Below are positions 1-9,966 of a stretch of DNA of 64,000 bases, in pieces. The stretch spans positions 2,353,129 to 2,417,128 of the forward strand of contig BCIN01000001.1 in the NCBI GenBank assembly GCA_039545335.1, in the 5' to 3' direction. The position numbers and the translations under genes are program-made. The stretch comes from Kondoa subrosea. Its lineage: Eukaryota. Below the pieces are notes generated by a model that saw only the letters and a program-made list of their open reading frames with translations, did no database searches and was not told the origin of the DNA. Every line of letters begins with the position of its first letter. Within the stretch, counting starts at the first letter, position 1.

Positions 1-1848
1 GGCACTGAGATGTCTTGCATAACTTTTTTCCGTTATTATCAATTCACGTATAATAAAACAAGCTTGAGTATGGTCGAAGTCCGCTTGTTGACTGATCAAA
101 TCCATGTTTTTCGTATTTCGGAAGTGATGCATTGCCTGAAGAAAAGTGCCGTCATCGTCAATGCCCATGAGTGTACTGAGAGCCTTGCCCTTCTCCTTCT
201 CAACTTGTGCTATTGCTCTGACTGCTTGTGCGGAGCTAGACAGCTTTTCGACGTCGCTGTCCTCGTCTTGACCCTGTATACCACTCTCAGACCAGGTAAA
301 GCTAGGCCCTTTTTTTCGAGCGGGAAGATGCTGATCTTGCGAAGGTATCCTTGGACTACTGATCTGATCTACAGTTGGCGAAACGGGCGTTTCTTCTACA
401 GGAGAAGAACACGTTGGTTCAGATCCATCGAGTATAGATTCATAACGAGTAGATTTGAAACCATTGACGGGATCTTCGACTATTGCTACATCGGCTTGTC
501 GTACTGTAGCATCTTTGGTTGCCTTAGTAGGTCGTCTCTTCAATTTCTTCGTGTTGCTTGGCACGGATGTAGCTTCTGAAACTGCAGATTTGGTTCGCTT
601 CAATATTCCCAGTGCTTCGCCAACGCTCTGTAGAGTACTTCTTCTCCGCAGAGGTTCTTTACTTGTCGCTGATACAGGCACAACGGGAGCTGTTTTGGCA
701 GCAGAAGCGGTCTCTTCGACTGCATTGTAGTGGAAGAGAGGTTCTTCATTCGCTTCAATGCCCCAATCCGATTCTACAGGAGGGCTGTTGGGAGTAGGGA
801 TCCCGGAAGACGAGTGCGAAGAGTTATGATAGCTGTTAGAAGGAGTTGATAAACTTGAGCTGGATGCAGCAGGCCTTCTTGCTTGAAGGGGAATGTTCTC
901 GCTGGTAGGCTGATCTGATTCCCTTCTTTTTTTCTTCAATTTAATCGAACGTCTTGGTGAAGTTTGCCCCTGTTCTGGTAGTATTATGCTGCTTGATGGT
1001 GCAGATACTGCTATTGGAGTAGCCAGAGGTGGCAGTATGGGCGATGATGTGGCATCTATCGAAGCTGACCGAGGAGGAGCATGTTGCCAAAGAAAGGGCA
1101 TATCTTCAAGCTCCTGGCTCTTCTCTCGACTCATGACGGAAGAAGCTAATGGTGAATTCATCGAAGGGGAAGCGACGGAAGGCGGTATAGGAACGGACAT
1201 CTGTGACATTCGCGGTGAAGGTATAGGTCGAATGAAAGTGGAATTAGCCTTGGTCGGAGGACTAGGTAGAGGTCTGTGAAAGAGAGCCTTCGCCGGTTCT
1301 GCCTTTGTAGAATAGACTATATCGTGCAGTGGGAATGAAGCCGGAAGGGAGCGCATGAGAGCTGGTATTTCCGATGCTGTTCGTCTCTGCATAGGAAGAC
1401 CTTCGATGAAGGTCGTTCTATTAGCCTTCTGGACTTCTTCGCCGAATGATGCTACTCGACGTCGTTGACTACCTAATTCTGCTTGAGCCGATGTAGGAGG
1501 GGAAGAAAACTTTGATCTGCTTGCAAGATCATACGGACTGGATAACAAGGGATCGTAGAAGGATGCGTGAGGCAAGTTGGGCGAATCATAGTCCTTCTTC
1601 CGGGAAGATTTCGCTGCTGGTCCTCTCAAGCTTCGTCTGTGAGGATTACTGTGACCAGATCTTGAGTCTGTCTCCTTGAACGATCCAGTTGAAGGTGAGC
1701 TCGGTTGCTGATTTAGAACATTCGATTGCTGGTTGATTGGCGAGATCTTGCCTGGCCATCTGTCGGGTGTCGTCAACTGTGTCCCTTGGGTAGTCGTTGA
1801 AGATTGTGACGCATAAGACTCGTCAGAATTGGTCTTGCGGAAATTCAT
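1..1848 (-). CDS. RhoGEF (DH domain) protein, 5' part; runs off the window start
   Basis: Long minus-strand ORF from ATG 1848 (MNFRKTNSDES...), S/P-rich, ending at the window edge in 'CFIIRELIITEKSYARHLSA', which matches the first DH-domain helix (ELxxTExxY). Confidence 0.7.
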   Translation of the reverse strand, partial: MNFRKTNSDESYASQSSTTTQGTQLTTPDRWPGKISPINQQSNVLNQQPSSPSTGSFKETDSRSGHSNPHRRSLRGPAAKSSRKKDYDSPNLPHASFYDPLLSSPYDLASRSKFSSPPTSAQAELGSQRRRVASFGEEVQKANRTTFIEGLPMQRRTASEIPALMRSLPASFPLHDIVYSTKAEPAKALFHRPLPSPPTKANSTFIRPIPSPRMSQMSVPIPPSVASPSMNSPLASSVMSREKSQELEDMPFLWQHAPPRSASIDATSSPILPPLATPIAVSAPSSSIILPEQGQTSPRRSIKLKKKRRESDQPTSENIPLQARRPAASSSSLSTPSNSYHNSSHSSSGIPTPNSPPVESDWGIEANEEPLFHYNAVEETASAAKTAPVVPVSATSKEPLRRRSTLQSVGEALGILKRTKSAVSEATSVPSNTKKLKRRPTKATKDATVRQADVAIVEDPVNGFKSTRYESILDGSEPTCSSPVEETPVSPTVDQISSPRIPSQDQHLPARKKGPSFTWSESGIQGQDEDSDVEKLSSSAQAVRAIAQVEKEKGKALSTLMGIDDDGTFLQAMHHFRNTKNMDLISQQADFDHTQACFIIRELIITEKSYARHLSA

Positions 1849-2606
1849 TTTGTCAAAGCACTGAGCACAGCATGACAGCTGTCACAGCGAGAGGGAGACG
1901 GTAAGATAACAGGAATCTGACGAAGTCCAGCGAGCCAGAGATATAGACCTTCTGAGGAGTAGAAACGTTTCTAATCTAGACCTTGCCAGTGACAGAAGCC
2001 GAATCTCTTGCAGGATTCTCTGACCAGGATGGTGAGCTTGAAAAGATTATGCACGACCAAGGAGTGGTCAGGGCAACTAACAAAGGGCGGATCACTGGTT
2101 CTCGGCATACAGCGAAGTTGCTCGACCTCTGGATGCGTCTATGTGATCTGTGTCATCAATCATGGTGATTTAAAGGCAGCCTCGGCATCTGCTATGAAAA
2201 CGAAACTCCGTCTCTGGGATTTGGGCCTCAAGAAAATGAACTATCTTCCCGCTGCCTGCGGACTGCCTACAGTCTCTCAACGATCAATAGTCTCACGATA
2301 GTACTGTGCTAATCTACTTCTGCCAAAAACGCGTGTTTGGAGATGGCTTCCTACTTTTGCCAAATGCAGATCTCGAAACTTGCCTCCTCCTTTTATGCTC
2401 TAGATGACCTTCAAGCAGCTCTCAGTCATCATATACATCTCTTTTGGTGTTTCCAGCCTGCCTTTTCTTCATTCTGACTTGATTCCATCTCTTGTTCCGA
2501 CCTTCATTTCGACTTCAAAGTATTTCTTGCTTCACTCGCCTGGCTGTACGTTATCTCAGATCATCATCATCATAAGTAGTCCCTCTACTATTACCCAAGA
2601 GTCAAG

Positions 2607-3884
2607 ATGCGCCCTTCAATCCTTCTCAGCGTTCTCGCTTTCGCCTTTGGTCCAGTTTTGGCTTCCATTAACAATGTAGCGGAAGCGAACTCTCTCAAAG
2701 CGAGTGCTATAGCTATCCCTGATGGATCTTATACCTTGATCAATGTTCGTACTGGTATGGCAATCACTCAAACTCGTGATAGCAATGGCAACCATATCTT
2801 CCCGGGGAAAGGTGCTGGAACGTTGATGAATCTGACAGTATGTTATTTCTGATCTGCTCTCATGGACCCTTTGACATTCCGCCTTGTATAGCAAAATGGC
2901 GGCGATTCGAACTACATGATTCTCCGCACCCCAACCAGTAAGAAATGTATCAGTGCTCAATGTAGGTCTTCTTTTTGATTGAAGTTATGAGATCGTACTA
3001 ATTGTATGGCGGCAGGGGATGTTGACTACGATCAAGGATCAGATTGGGTAAGTTTGGGTGTCGTTTGGCTACGCATACCTGACCGTCATCGATACAGGCT
3101 GGAGCCTTATACGTGAGCATCTCATATTTGAGTTTGATCCTACTGATCCTACTAATGCAATCGAGATAGGCATGTCAAGTTGATCCGATTCCTGCAAGTT
3201 CTACTTTGAACCCGGACAAGCAGTCCGTCATTCTTTACATGGATTTGTATGGGATACTGATCAAGGTCAACAGATATTGGCTATTCGTGCCAGCTCAAGG
3301 TGTCTCAAACGCATACTAGTTAGTAGGGAACTGTCTTCGTACTTCATGCTTTAATCTGGGTGCCTTCCTAGCATCATACCCATCGACCACATCACCGATA
3401 TGGCTACTCGAGGTCTCCAATCTTGCACTCGAAATACTTATTCTTACAAATCTATTTGCCTCGATGTGTTGGACTACAGCAATTCCAATTTCATGTGGTA
3501 TGTAGTACCGGCTGGTGGCTCAGTTCCTGTTGCTGGGACAAGTAAGCTTCTTTATGCTCTTGCTTTGTGTAAGCGCTTTTCTGATGTCCGTTTGATCAAG
3601 CTACAACCCAAGCCCCGAATAATACGCCTACGCAAGTAACACAAGATCCATTACCAACGTACAACGATGCAACTGTGTTAAAAAGTACCGTTACTGTCAC
3701 AAACATTCAGACACAAACACAAACAGTCACTGTGACTTCAAGCGCAACAGCAACCCTCATCAGGTACAGCAGGAATTGTCCTGTACCTCGCGTGAAGATC
3801 GTCGATCTTTCAGCGAATGACCAAGGGTTGAGTGCTCCAGGCACAAGTTGGTTTGGCAAATGGGCTGGAGCAGCTTGGAAGTGA
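2607..3884 (+). CDS. Secreted ricin B lectin (beta-trefoil)-like protein with Thr-rich tail; multi-exon
   Basis: Signal peptide MRPSILLSVLAFAFGPVLAS; 'IPDGSYTLINVRTG', 'KKCISAQW', 'YWLFVP', 'ICLDV...MWYVVP' resemble beta-trefoil repeats; T-rich C-terminus. Confidence 0.6.
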
Positions 3885-4034
3885 TTTCTTGATCAGATGA
3901 TCTCGGATTGTGGCATAACATGTATAATAGCATCAGAAATGTAAATGTGGCATCGCTGTTCGCAATGGATACAAACAGACTGACTAAGTACTCCTTCTCG
4001 AAATTATATGACGCTTGTTTTTTCACCCACAGCC

Positions 4035-4497
4035 ATGCCCAAACAGTCTCGTATGCTTGCAACATCAATGCAATGTTGGCGCTGACATTCTGTGATAGGC
4101 GCTGAACGTCGCGAAGTCCCGCGAGCAAAGCCTATTCTGCCAGAACAGGCTGAAGATGAATCAAATCTGGCAATCACCGCTGCGGATCAGAATAGCTTTG
4201 CTGTGAAGTCGACATCTCAGCCTACTGGCACAGCTGGTTCAAAGAAGAAGAAGAAACGCTCAAGTGTTTCCAGCAAAGCAGCGGAAAAGAGCAAAACTAA
4301 AGTGAGTACTCCAACTGCATTTTGATGATATCGCTTATTTGTGGTGTTGCAAGGGTGCTGAACTAGCTTCGAAACTGGATGCGAAGAAAGCACGGATAGA
4401 CAGTAAGCCTTTTCCATCGAGGCAGAAGCCAGCAGACGTTGACTTGTAAGCAGATCGGAAGGAGAAGAGAAACGCTGCGAAGAAGATCTGGGAGTGA
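4035..4497 (+). CDS. Small Lys-rich hypothetical protein (spliced)
   Basis: ATG 4035 MPKQS, GT-AG introns, exon 'AERREVPRAKP...GSKKKKKRSS...', last exon 'RKEKRNAAKKIWE*'. No homology recognised. Confidence 0.4.
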
Positions 4498-4994
4498 AGA
4501 GATTCCCTGCTGTCCTTTTATGGATCCCCTGCATGTTATACCGTCGGATCATTCTTCCTGCTAGGCCTCCTCATTATTACCTTACCCCTTCTTTTCTCTC
4601 TTTACTGCACTCTTCCAGACATAGCTTCTGCACTTCATCAGGTTATCTAGCTTTGGAGTTGGCTTCAGTCCTCAGCAGTAAGCGGGGCAAATATAGCAGC
4701 TCTCAAAGTCAGTTGTTCTGAACAGCGGTCTCCGTGATTTGCACGACACTGAGTCGTTCTTCTTTCGCATGCTTGTCATTATACAGCAGCCAAAGGTATG
4801 CTGAGCCCAAAAAGCTTCCCTTTGTCTGCGCTGAGCCAAAACAACTCTCGTCGAAGAAGTATACTATGAGTAAATCAAATTAATGAAATCGATAGGAGCA
4901 ATCCAGCAGCACTTGTGTAGAGACCATTAGAATTCTGTATAGTGTCCAGAGTCGCGAATTCGGCAACACTATTCTTTCTTTCCCAATATCAACG

Positions 4995-6467
4995 ATGTCT
5001 GTCCATCTTCAGCCTGATAACGCTCTTGGCTTCCACAGTAGGTCATATACCTGAATCTCATCACAGCCCTAACATTAGTACGCGCGTTCAGGGCCTCTGA
5101 CGACTACCGTCAAGCGAACTTTGACCGTCTCGAATTCCAATACCTCGCCTGTCATTTTCAAGGTCAAGACTACAGCACCAAAGCAATACTGTGTTAGACC
5201 AAATTCAGGTATGTCTGTGCAACAAAGAGTTGGAGACCTGTTCGAGAGCTAAACATGGATATCGATTTATAGGCCGTATTGAGCCTGGAGAAACGGTTGA
5301 AGTTCAAGTTCTGCTTCAGCCTATGAGAGAAGATCCTCCTGCTGCTTTCAAATGCAAGGACAAATTCCTCGTTCAATCGGCTTTGGTCCAGGCGGATCGC
5401 GAGAGTCTTGGGCTGCCCGAGATGGTGCGTCCCTTGCTTGATTCGTAGGCTCTATCCGGGTTTAACATTCAGGATATAGTGGTCAGCCATTGAGAAAGAA
5501 GACAAGAGTGCTATTCACGAGCAGAAGATTCGATGTGCTTTCCTACCTCCCGTTGATGAATCTGGCAACGATGTTGGACAGGCGAATTCTTCAGCATTCC
5601 TGCATGCGGATAATGCTGGACCGGATAGCACTTTCGCCAATGCGGAAACCTCATCTGATGGCAGAGTAAGCCTTTGTTTGTTGCTGTAGAACGTCATTGA
5701 ATTGGCTTTATACAGGACTCACGATTCGAAACTGTACGAGGTTCAGGTGTAGCCGAAACTTTCACCGCGCCAGCTCGATCTTCCATTCTTCCTTCCTCTT
5801 ATACAAATGGTCAAGACAGCATGCCTGCTCAGCCTTCTATCAATTTACCATCCACTTCCAATGCCCCTCTAGCTTCCCAAAACTCTACACTAGACGCTTC
5901 TCCCGCCTCTCGCGAGATTAAACCTATTACTCAAATTGCTCAAGAAGCTTCCACCAAACCTGTAATGGAAACTTTGAAAGAAGCTGGAAACACGATCGCT
6001 GCTCAAGCCAATAATGCAGGAGCTGCAATTGCACCAGTAGCCGCATCGGCTGGTTCCACTATTGCTGCTACTGCTACATCTGCCAGCTCCACCATAGCAG
6101 AGAAGACCGGCCTTTCCAATGGCTATAACACCAGCTCAACTTTGTCCACACCGCAAGGAGATGATGGTCCAATAGTTGCTGCTTTGAGAAAACAGTTATC
6201 GGCTGTAGAGAGGGAAAACGAATCGTTGAAAGCTCAGCTAAAGGAAGCCTCCGTATTAAGGCAAAGAAATGTTGGATCAGCAGCTCCAGCAAGTTCTTCA
6301 AGAGCAAACGTCGCTTCCCTACCTCATCAAGTACAAACGGACGGTGTACCAGTACAGGTCGTGGCTGGATTATGCTTCGGAATCTTTGTTTTCACTTGGT
6401 CAGTTTTGTCCTTAATTTGAAAGACTCCAGACAGCTGAAGTTTTTCGTGAACAGGCTCTGCTTCTAA
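4995..6467 (+). CDS. SCS2: VAMP-associated protein (MSP domain, coiled coil, C-terminal TM anchor)
   Basis: MSP signature 'FKVKTTAPKQYCVRPNSG' and 'CKDKFLVQS'; coiled coil; tail anchor 'GVPVQVVAGLCFGIFVFTWLCF*'. Confidence 0.93.
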
Positions 6468-7490
6468 TTGATCAATTGATCAAGACATCTCTTCCCTCTA
6501 CACATATATAGGACTCTGTTTGTGTGCCGCTGTTTGTATCTCAAGCGGTAGAAAGTAACGACTATTAGCGAAGCATAAGCACTGCTTGGCAAAATTACAT
6601 ATCAATAATTACGAGCAGAAGCATCTCCTCATGATTGGCCCTCAAGTCAATTCTGATATTTTGTTTTGCTATTCATCTCAATTACTTTTCCCCTTGCAGA
6701 CATTACTGTTTGCTCTTCTCTCTTACCGCTTTCCTTTGTCCTGCTTTTTAGCTATTAAGCTTCAGCCAGGCAGATCTGCTTCTGATCATTTCGCAGCCGC
6801 TTCCCTGGGCATATCTCGTCTAACTCGCTTGATGTAAGCGAACGCGGCTCTTCCCTGAGACAGGTCTCACATCTAGAAGCGGGCTGCAATGTGGAACTGA
6901 TCTGTGCCAAGCCCTACAGAGATTGTCGCATGTGTGAATGTCTTTCATATTATAACTTTATTGTTTTACAGCGAGAGACACGGGAACTTTGGCAGATGAT
7001 CTCAAAGATCATGAGGGAATCATGCGTAGCATAGCAATTGCACGCGCGAGATGTAGCTGGAGCGATTTTACACAGCAGTAGAGGCACGCAGTAGAGGCAC
7101 GCCACAAAGCGTGTCACACGTTCTTGCTGAAGTTGAATACTTCAGACCCGCTCGTCCATAACATTTACAACAGCTTTGCGCTACTGCATGCAACTGCCAT
7201 CTCGCAAGCACCTACCTCGATGACGCATCGCTACGAGCTCATGTAAAGCTGGACGTTCCCTTCTTTTGTTTCAATATTTGTGAATCTCGTTTCTTTTGCT
7301 TTGCCCCCTCTCGCTCTGCCTACCTTTGCTCGACACTTCCTGGCTCAAATCAGACTCTGTTGCATGTCCCTTAATGCATCAGCAGCCCTTCCCTGCCCTG
7401 CATACGCGCGGCAGAATTGTGCACGAAACATGTCTCTCCGAATTAAGGCAAATCGCGGTCCGCTTGCTTTACCCACTTTTCTTTTCCGTC

Positions 7491-8165
7491 NNNNNNNNNN
7501 NNNNNNNNNNNNNNNNNNNNNNNNNNNNNNNNNNNNNNNNNNNNNNNNNNNNNNNNNNNNNNNNNNNNNNNNNNNNNNNNNNNNNNNNNNNNNNNNNNNN
7601 NNNNNNNNNNNNNNNNNNNNNNNNNNNNNNNNNNNNNNNNNNNNNNNNNNNNNNNNNNNNNNNNNNNNNNNNNNNNNNNNNNNNNNNNNNNNNNNNNNNN
7701 NNNNNNNNNNNNNNNNNNNNNNNNNNNNNNNNNNNNNNNNNNNNNNNNNNNNNNNNNNNNNNNNNNNNNNNNNNNNNNNNNNNNNNNNNNNNNNNNNNNN
7801 NNNNNNNNNNNNNNNNNNNNNNNNNNNNNNNNNNNNNNNNNNNNNNNNNNNNNNNNNNNNNNNNNNNNNNNNNNNNNNNNNNNNNNNNNNNNNNNNNNNN
7901 NNNNNNNNNNNNNNNNNNNNNNNNNNNNNNNNNNNNNNNNNNNNNNNNNNNNNNNNNNNNNNNNNNNNNNNNNNNNNNNNNNNNNNNNNNNNNNNNNNNN
8001 NNNNNNNNNNNNNNNNNNNNNNNNNNNNNNNNNNNNNNNNNNNNNNNNNNNNNNNNNNNNNNNNNNNNNNNNNNNNNNNNNNNNNNNNNNNNNNNNNNNN
8101 NNNNNNNNNNNNNNNNNNNNNNNNNNNNNNNNNNNNNNNNNNNNNNNNNNNNNNNNNNNNNNNNN
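7491..8165. other. Assembly gap (675 N)
   Basis: N run; its flanks map to 20751 and 20120 in the right arm, so about 630 bp is expected here. Confidence 0.99.
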
Positions 8166-8406
8166 TAGCTGATCGTGAGTTGTCTTCCCAGCTTCTATTA
8201 GATGTTTGCTGACTCGTCCTTTTGTCTCAGTCTGCCCAACTTGCGGAGGCAATGGACAGTCTGGTATCGATTTGAGTGAAGGTGCCTTCATGGCCCTTGG
8301 CAAGAAAGAGCAAGGTGTTCTTCCCCTTGAGTGGTCTGTGAGTCCGATTCATCTGCTAGCGAAGTCGACACAGCATGCTTACTTTCCGACGCAGTTCATC
8401 AACTAA
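8166..8406 (+). CDS. DPBB (RlpA/expansin/loosenin-like) secreted protein, left copy; only the 3' exons are visible
   Basis: 'VAD|LCPTCGGNGQSGIDLSEGAFMALGKKEQGVLPLEWS|FIN*', the same peptide as the copy at 19880-20507; the 5' part falls in the gap. Confidence 0.8.
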
Positions 8407-8866
8407 ACCCATCACTCTCAAATCTCCTTCACTCACTCACTTCTTCTTCTTTTGGGCTATTTTGGGGTCTTTCAAGCATTGATTGCGCATGGAAACGAAA
8501 AGTTGAACTTTGTCGTTTTGTATTCGGTGGAAGAAGTAGAGTCAAAAGGGTGAACCGCGTATGGCAACTCATCGCATTGTAAAATAGACGCTCATTTAGA
8601 TCATCATGTATCACTTTCATCAAAAAAACTTGAACGTTGACTTCATTGAAGTCCGCGAGCCCTTGTTCTTGTCGATCACCACTGACGCGCTTCAAATCTC
8701 GTCGAGCAGTAGCAGAGTCTAGCTGCATTGTGGACGACGCTGCTATCGTCTTTCTCGCAAAATGCTCAGCCTCTGCTGAACGCGCTTGTAGCTTGTTTTG
8801 ACGATTTACGATTCGGATCCATTGCTAGGCTTGCTGGGTCTCGAGACTTGTTCGCCTACACTAGAT

Positions 8867-8983
8867 ATGACTTCGCAACCTTTTGCTTTGAAAACATCGG
8901 CCAAGGGCAAGAGAGATAGGACTGCTCCTCAGCCTATTGCCTATCGGCATTTGTTGTCGTCAAATTCGCTCAATATTGCCTGA
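8867..8983 (+). pseudogene. Truncated duplicate of RAD30 exon 1
   Basis: MTSQPFALKTSAKGKRDRTAPQPIAYRHLLSSNSLNIA* versus the RAD30 N-terminus MTSQPSTFGTSAKGKRDRMAPQPITYRHLLSTNSLNA; homology stops at ~8974. Confidence 0.85.
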
Positions 8984-9270
8984 GGAAGGAAATCCGCGCG
9001 AGCGTTCTCTTGCATCTTATGCTGCGGCTGGACGGATTATGCCTCACCGCTTGCAATCTAAAGCGCTGGACACCGAGAGCACAGCTTCTTTCAACCAGCT
9101 TTCGCGGCAAATATCAGTGAAATGACCATATCTGGCAATCGTCTGGACTAGAAGATGTTTAAGCTATGCTGCGGTTTCTGCTCCCATTGCGCATCGGAAC
9201 GCTATAAAGATGCAAGACTGACTTCTTCCTCTTCCTGTATTTGTCGAATCATACACAATTTTCTGACATC

Positions 9271-9857
9271 ATGCTCGTTTCTACTGTTTTGACTGCTTTG
9301 GCAACTATCATTTTCTTAGCGTCAGCTGCGCCAGTTAATCGTCGATTTCACGGACCAGCCACATGTGAGCCTGTCTTCCTCGGGGCATGAATATAAACTG
9401 ACCTGACGATTCCAAGACTATTATCAGGATGATCGCCCGGGTGCATGTGGGAAGTACAATGATGATAAAGCTCATATTGTAGCGCTTAACCCAACCGAAT
9501 ATGCTGATGGTGCTCGTTGTGGTCAATTTGTTGTCCTCACCATTTCAGAAGGCAAGACCATTACAGCTACTGTAGCTGATCGTGAGTACTTTGTCAGACG
9601 CATCATTTCTCATCTGACGCGTCTTACAGTCTGTCCTACCTGTGAGGGGCCTGGACAATCGAGAATCGATCTCAGTGAAGCTGCCTTTGTGGCTCTCGGG
9701 GTCCAGGAAATGGGTATGATTCAGCTTGACTGGCATGTGAGTCTCATTCCTTGTGTCTTTCTTCTTCTGCATCTGAGCATCTTCTACAAAGATTGAAGTG
9801 TCCTAGCTGGTGGTATCAAGTCCAACAGGCCAAAAGACGAGAAGAAGAGCTAGATGA
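9271..9857 (+). CDS. DPBB (RlpA/expansin-like) secreted protein, diverged paralog
   Basis: Spliced MLVSTVLTALATIIFLASAAPVNRRFHGPATYYYQDDRPGACGKYNDDKAHIVALN...RCG...ATVADLCPTC...IDLSEAAF; DPBB motifs GACG, VAD-CP, DLS-AF. Confidence 0.85.
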
Positions 9858-9966
9858 GCTTGTAGGGTGACGCATGTATTCTATAGACAGAATGAATCGT
9901 CTAGATCACCTTTGCTGTCGCGAGTCACCTATGACAGCCATAATCAATGAAGCTTGTCCTGATGCT

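Larger units (their letters stand above)
6322..8974 (+). repeat. Left arm of ~2.65-kb inverted repeat (contains an N gap)
   Basis: Reverse complement of 19315-21917 on both sides of the gap; nearly identical over ~6600-7490, more diverged at both ends. Confidence 0.95.

Noticed and set aside
10..1279. Plus-strand ORFs at the window start
   Set aside because: Shadow ORFs opposite the RhoGEF coding strand.
7280..8303. Long ORFs of 286-310 aa in the ORF track
   Set aside because: Artefacts of translating through the N gap.
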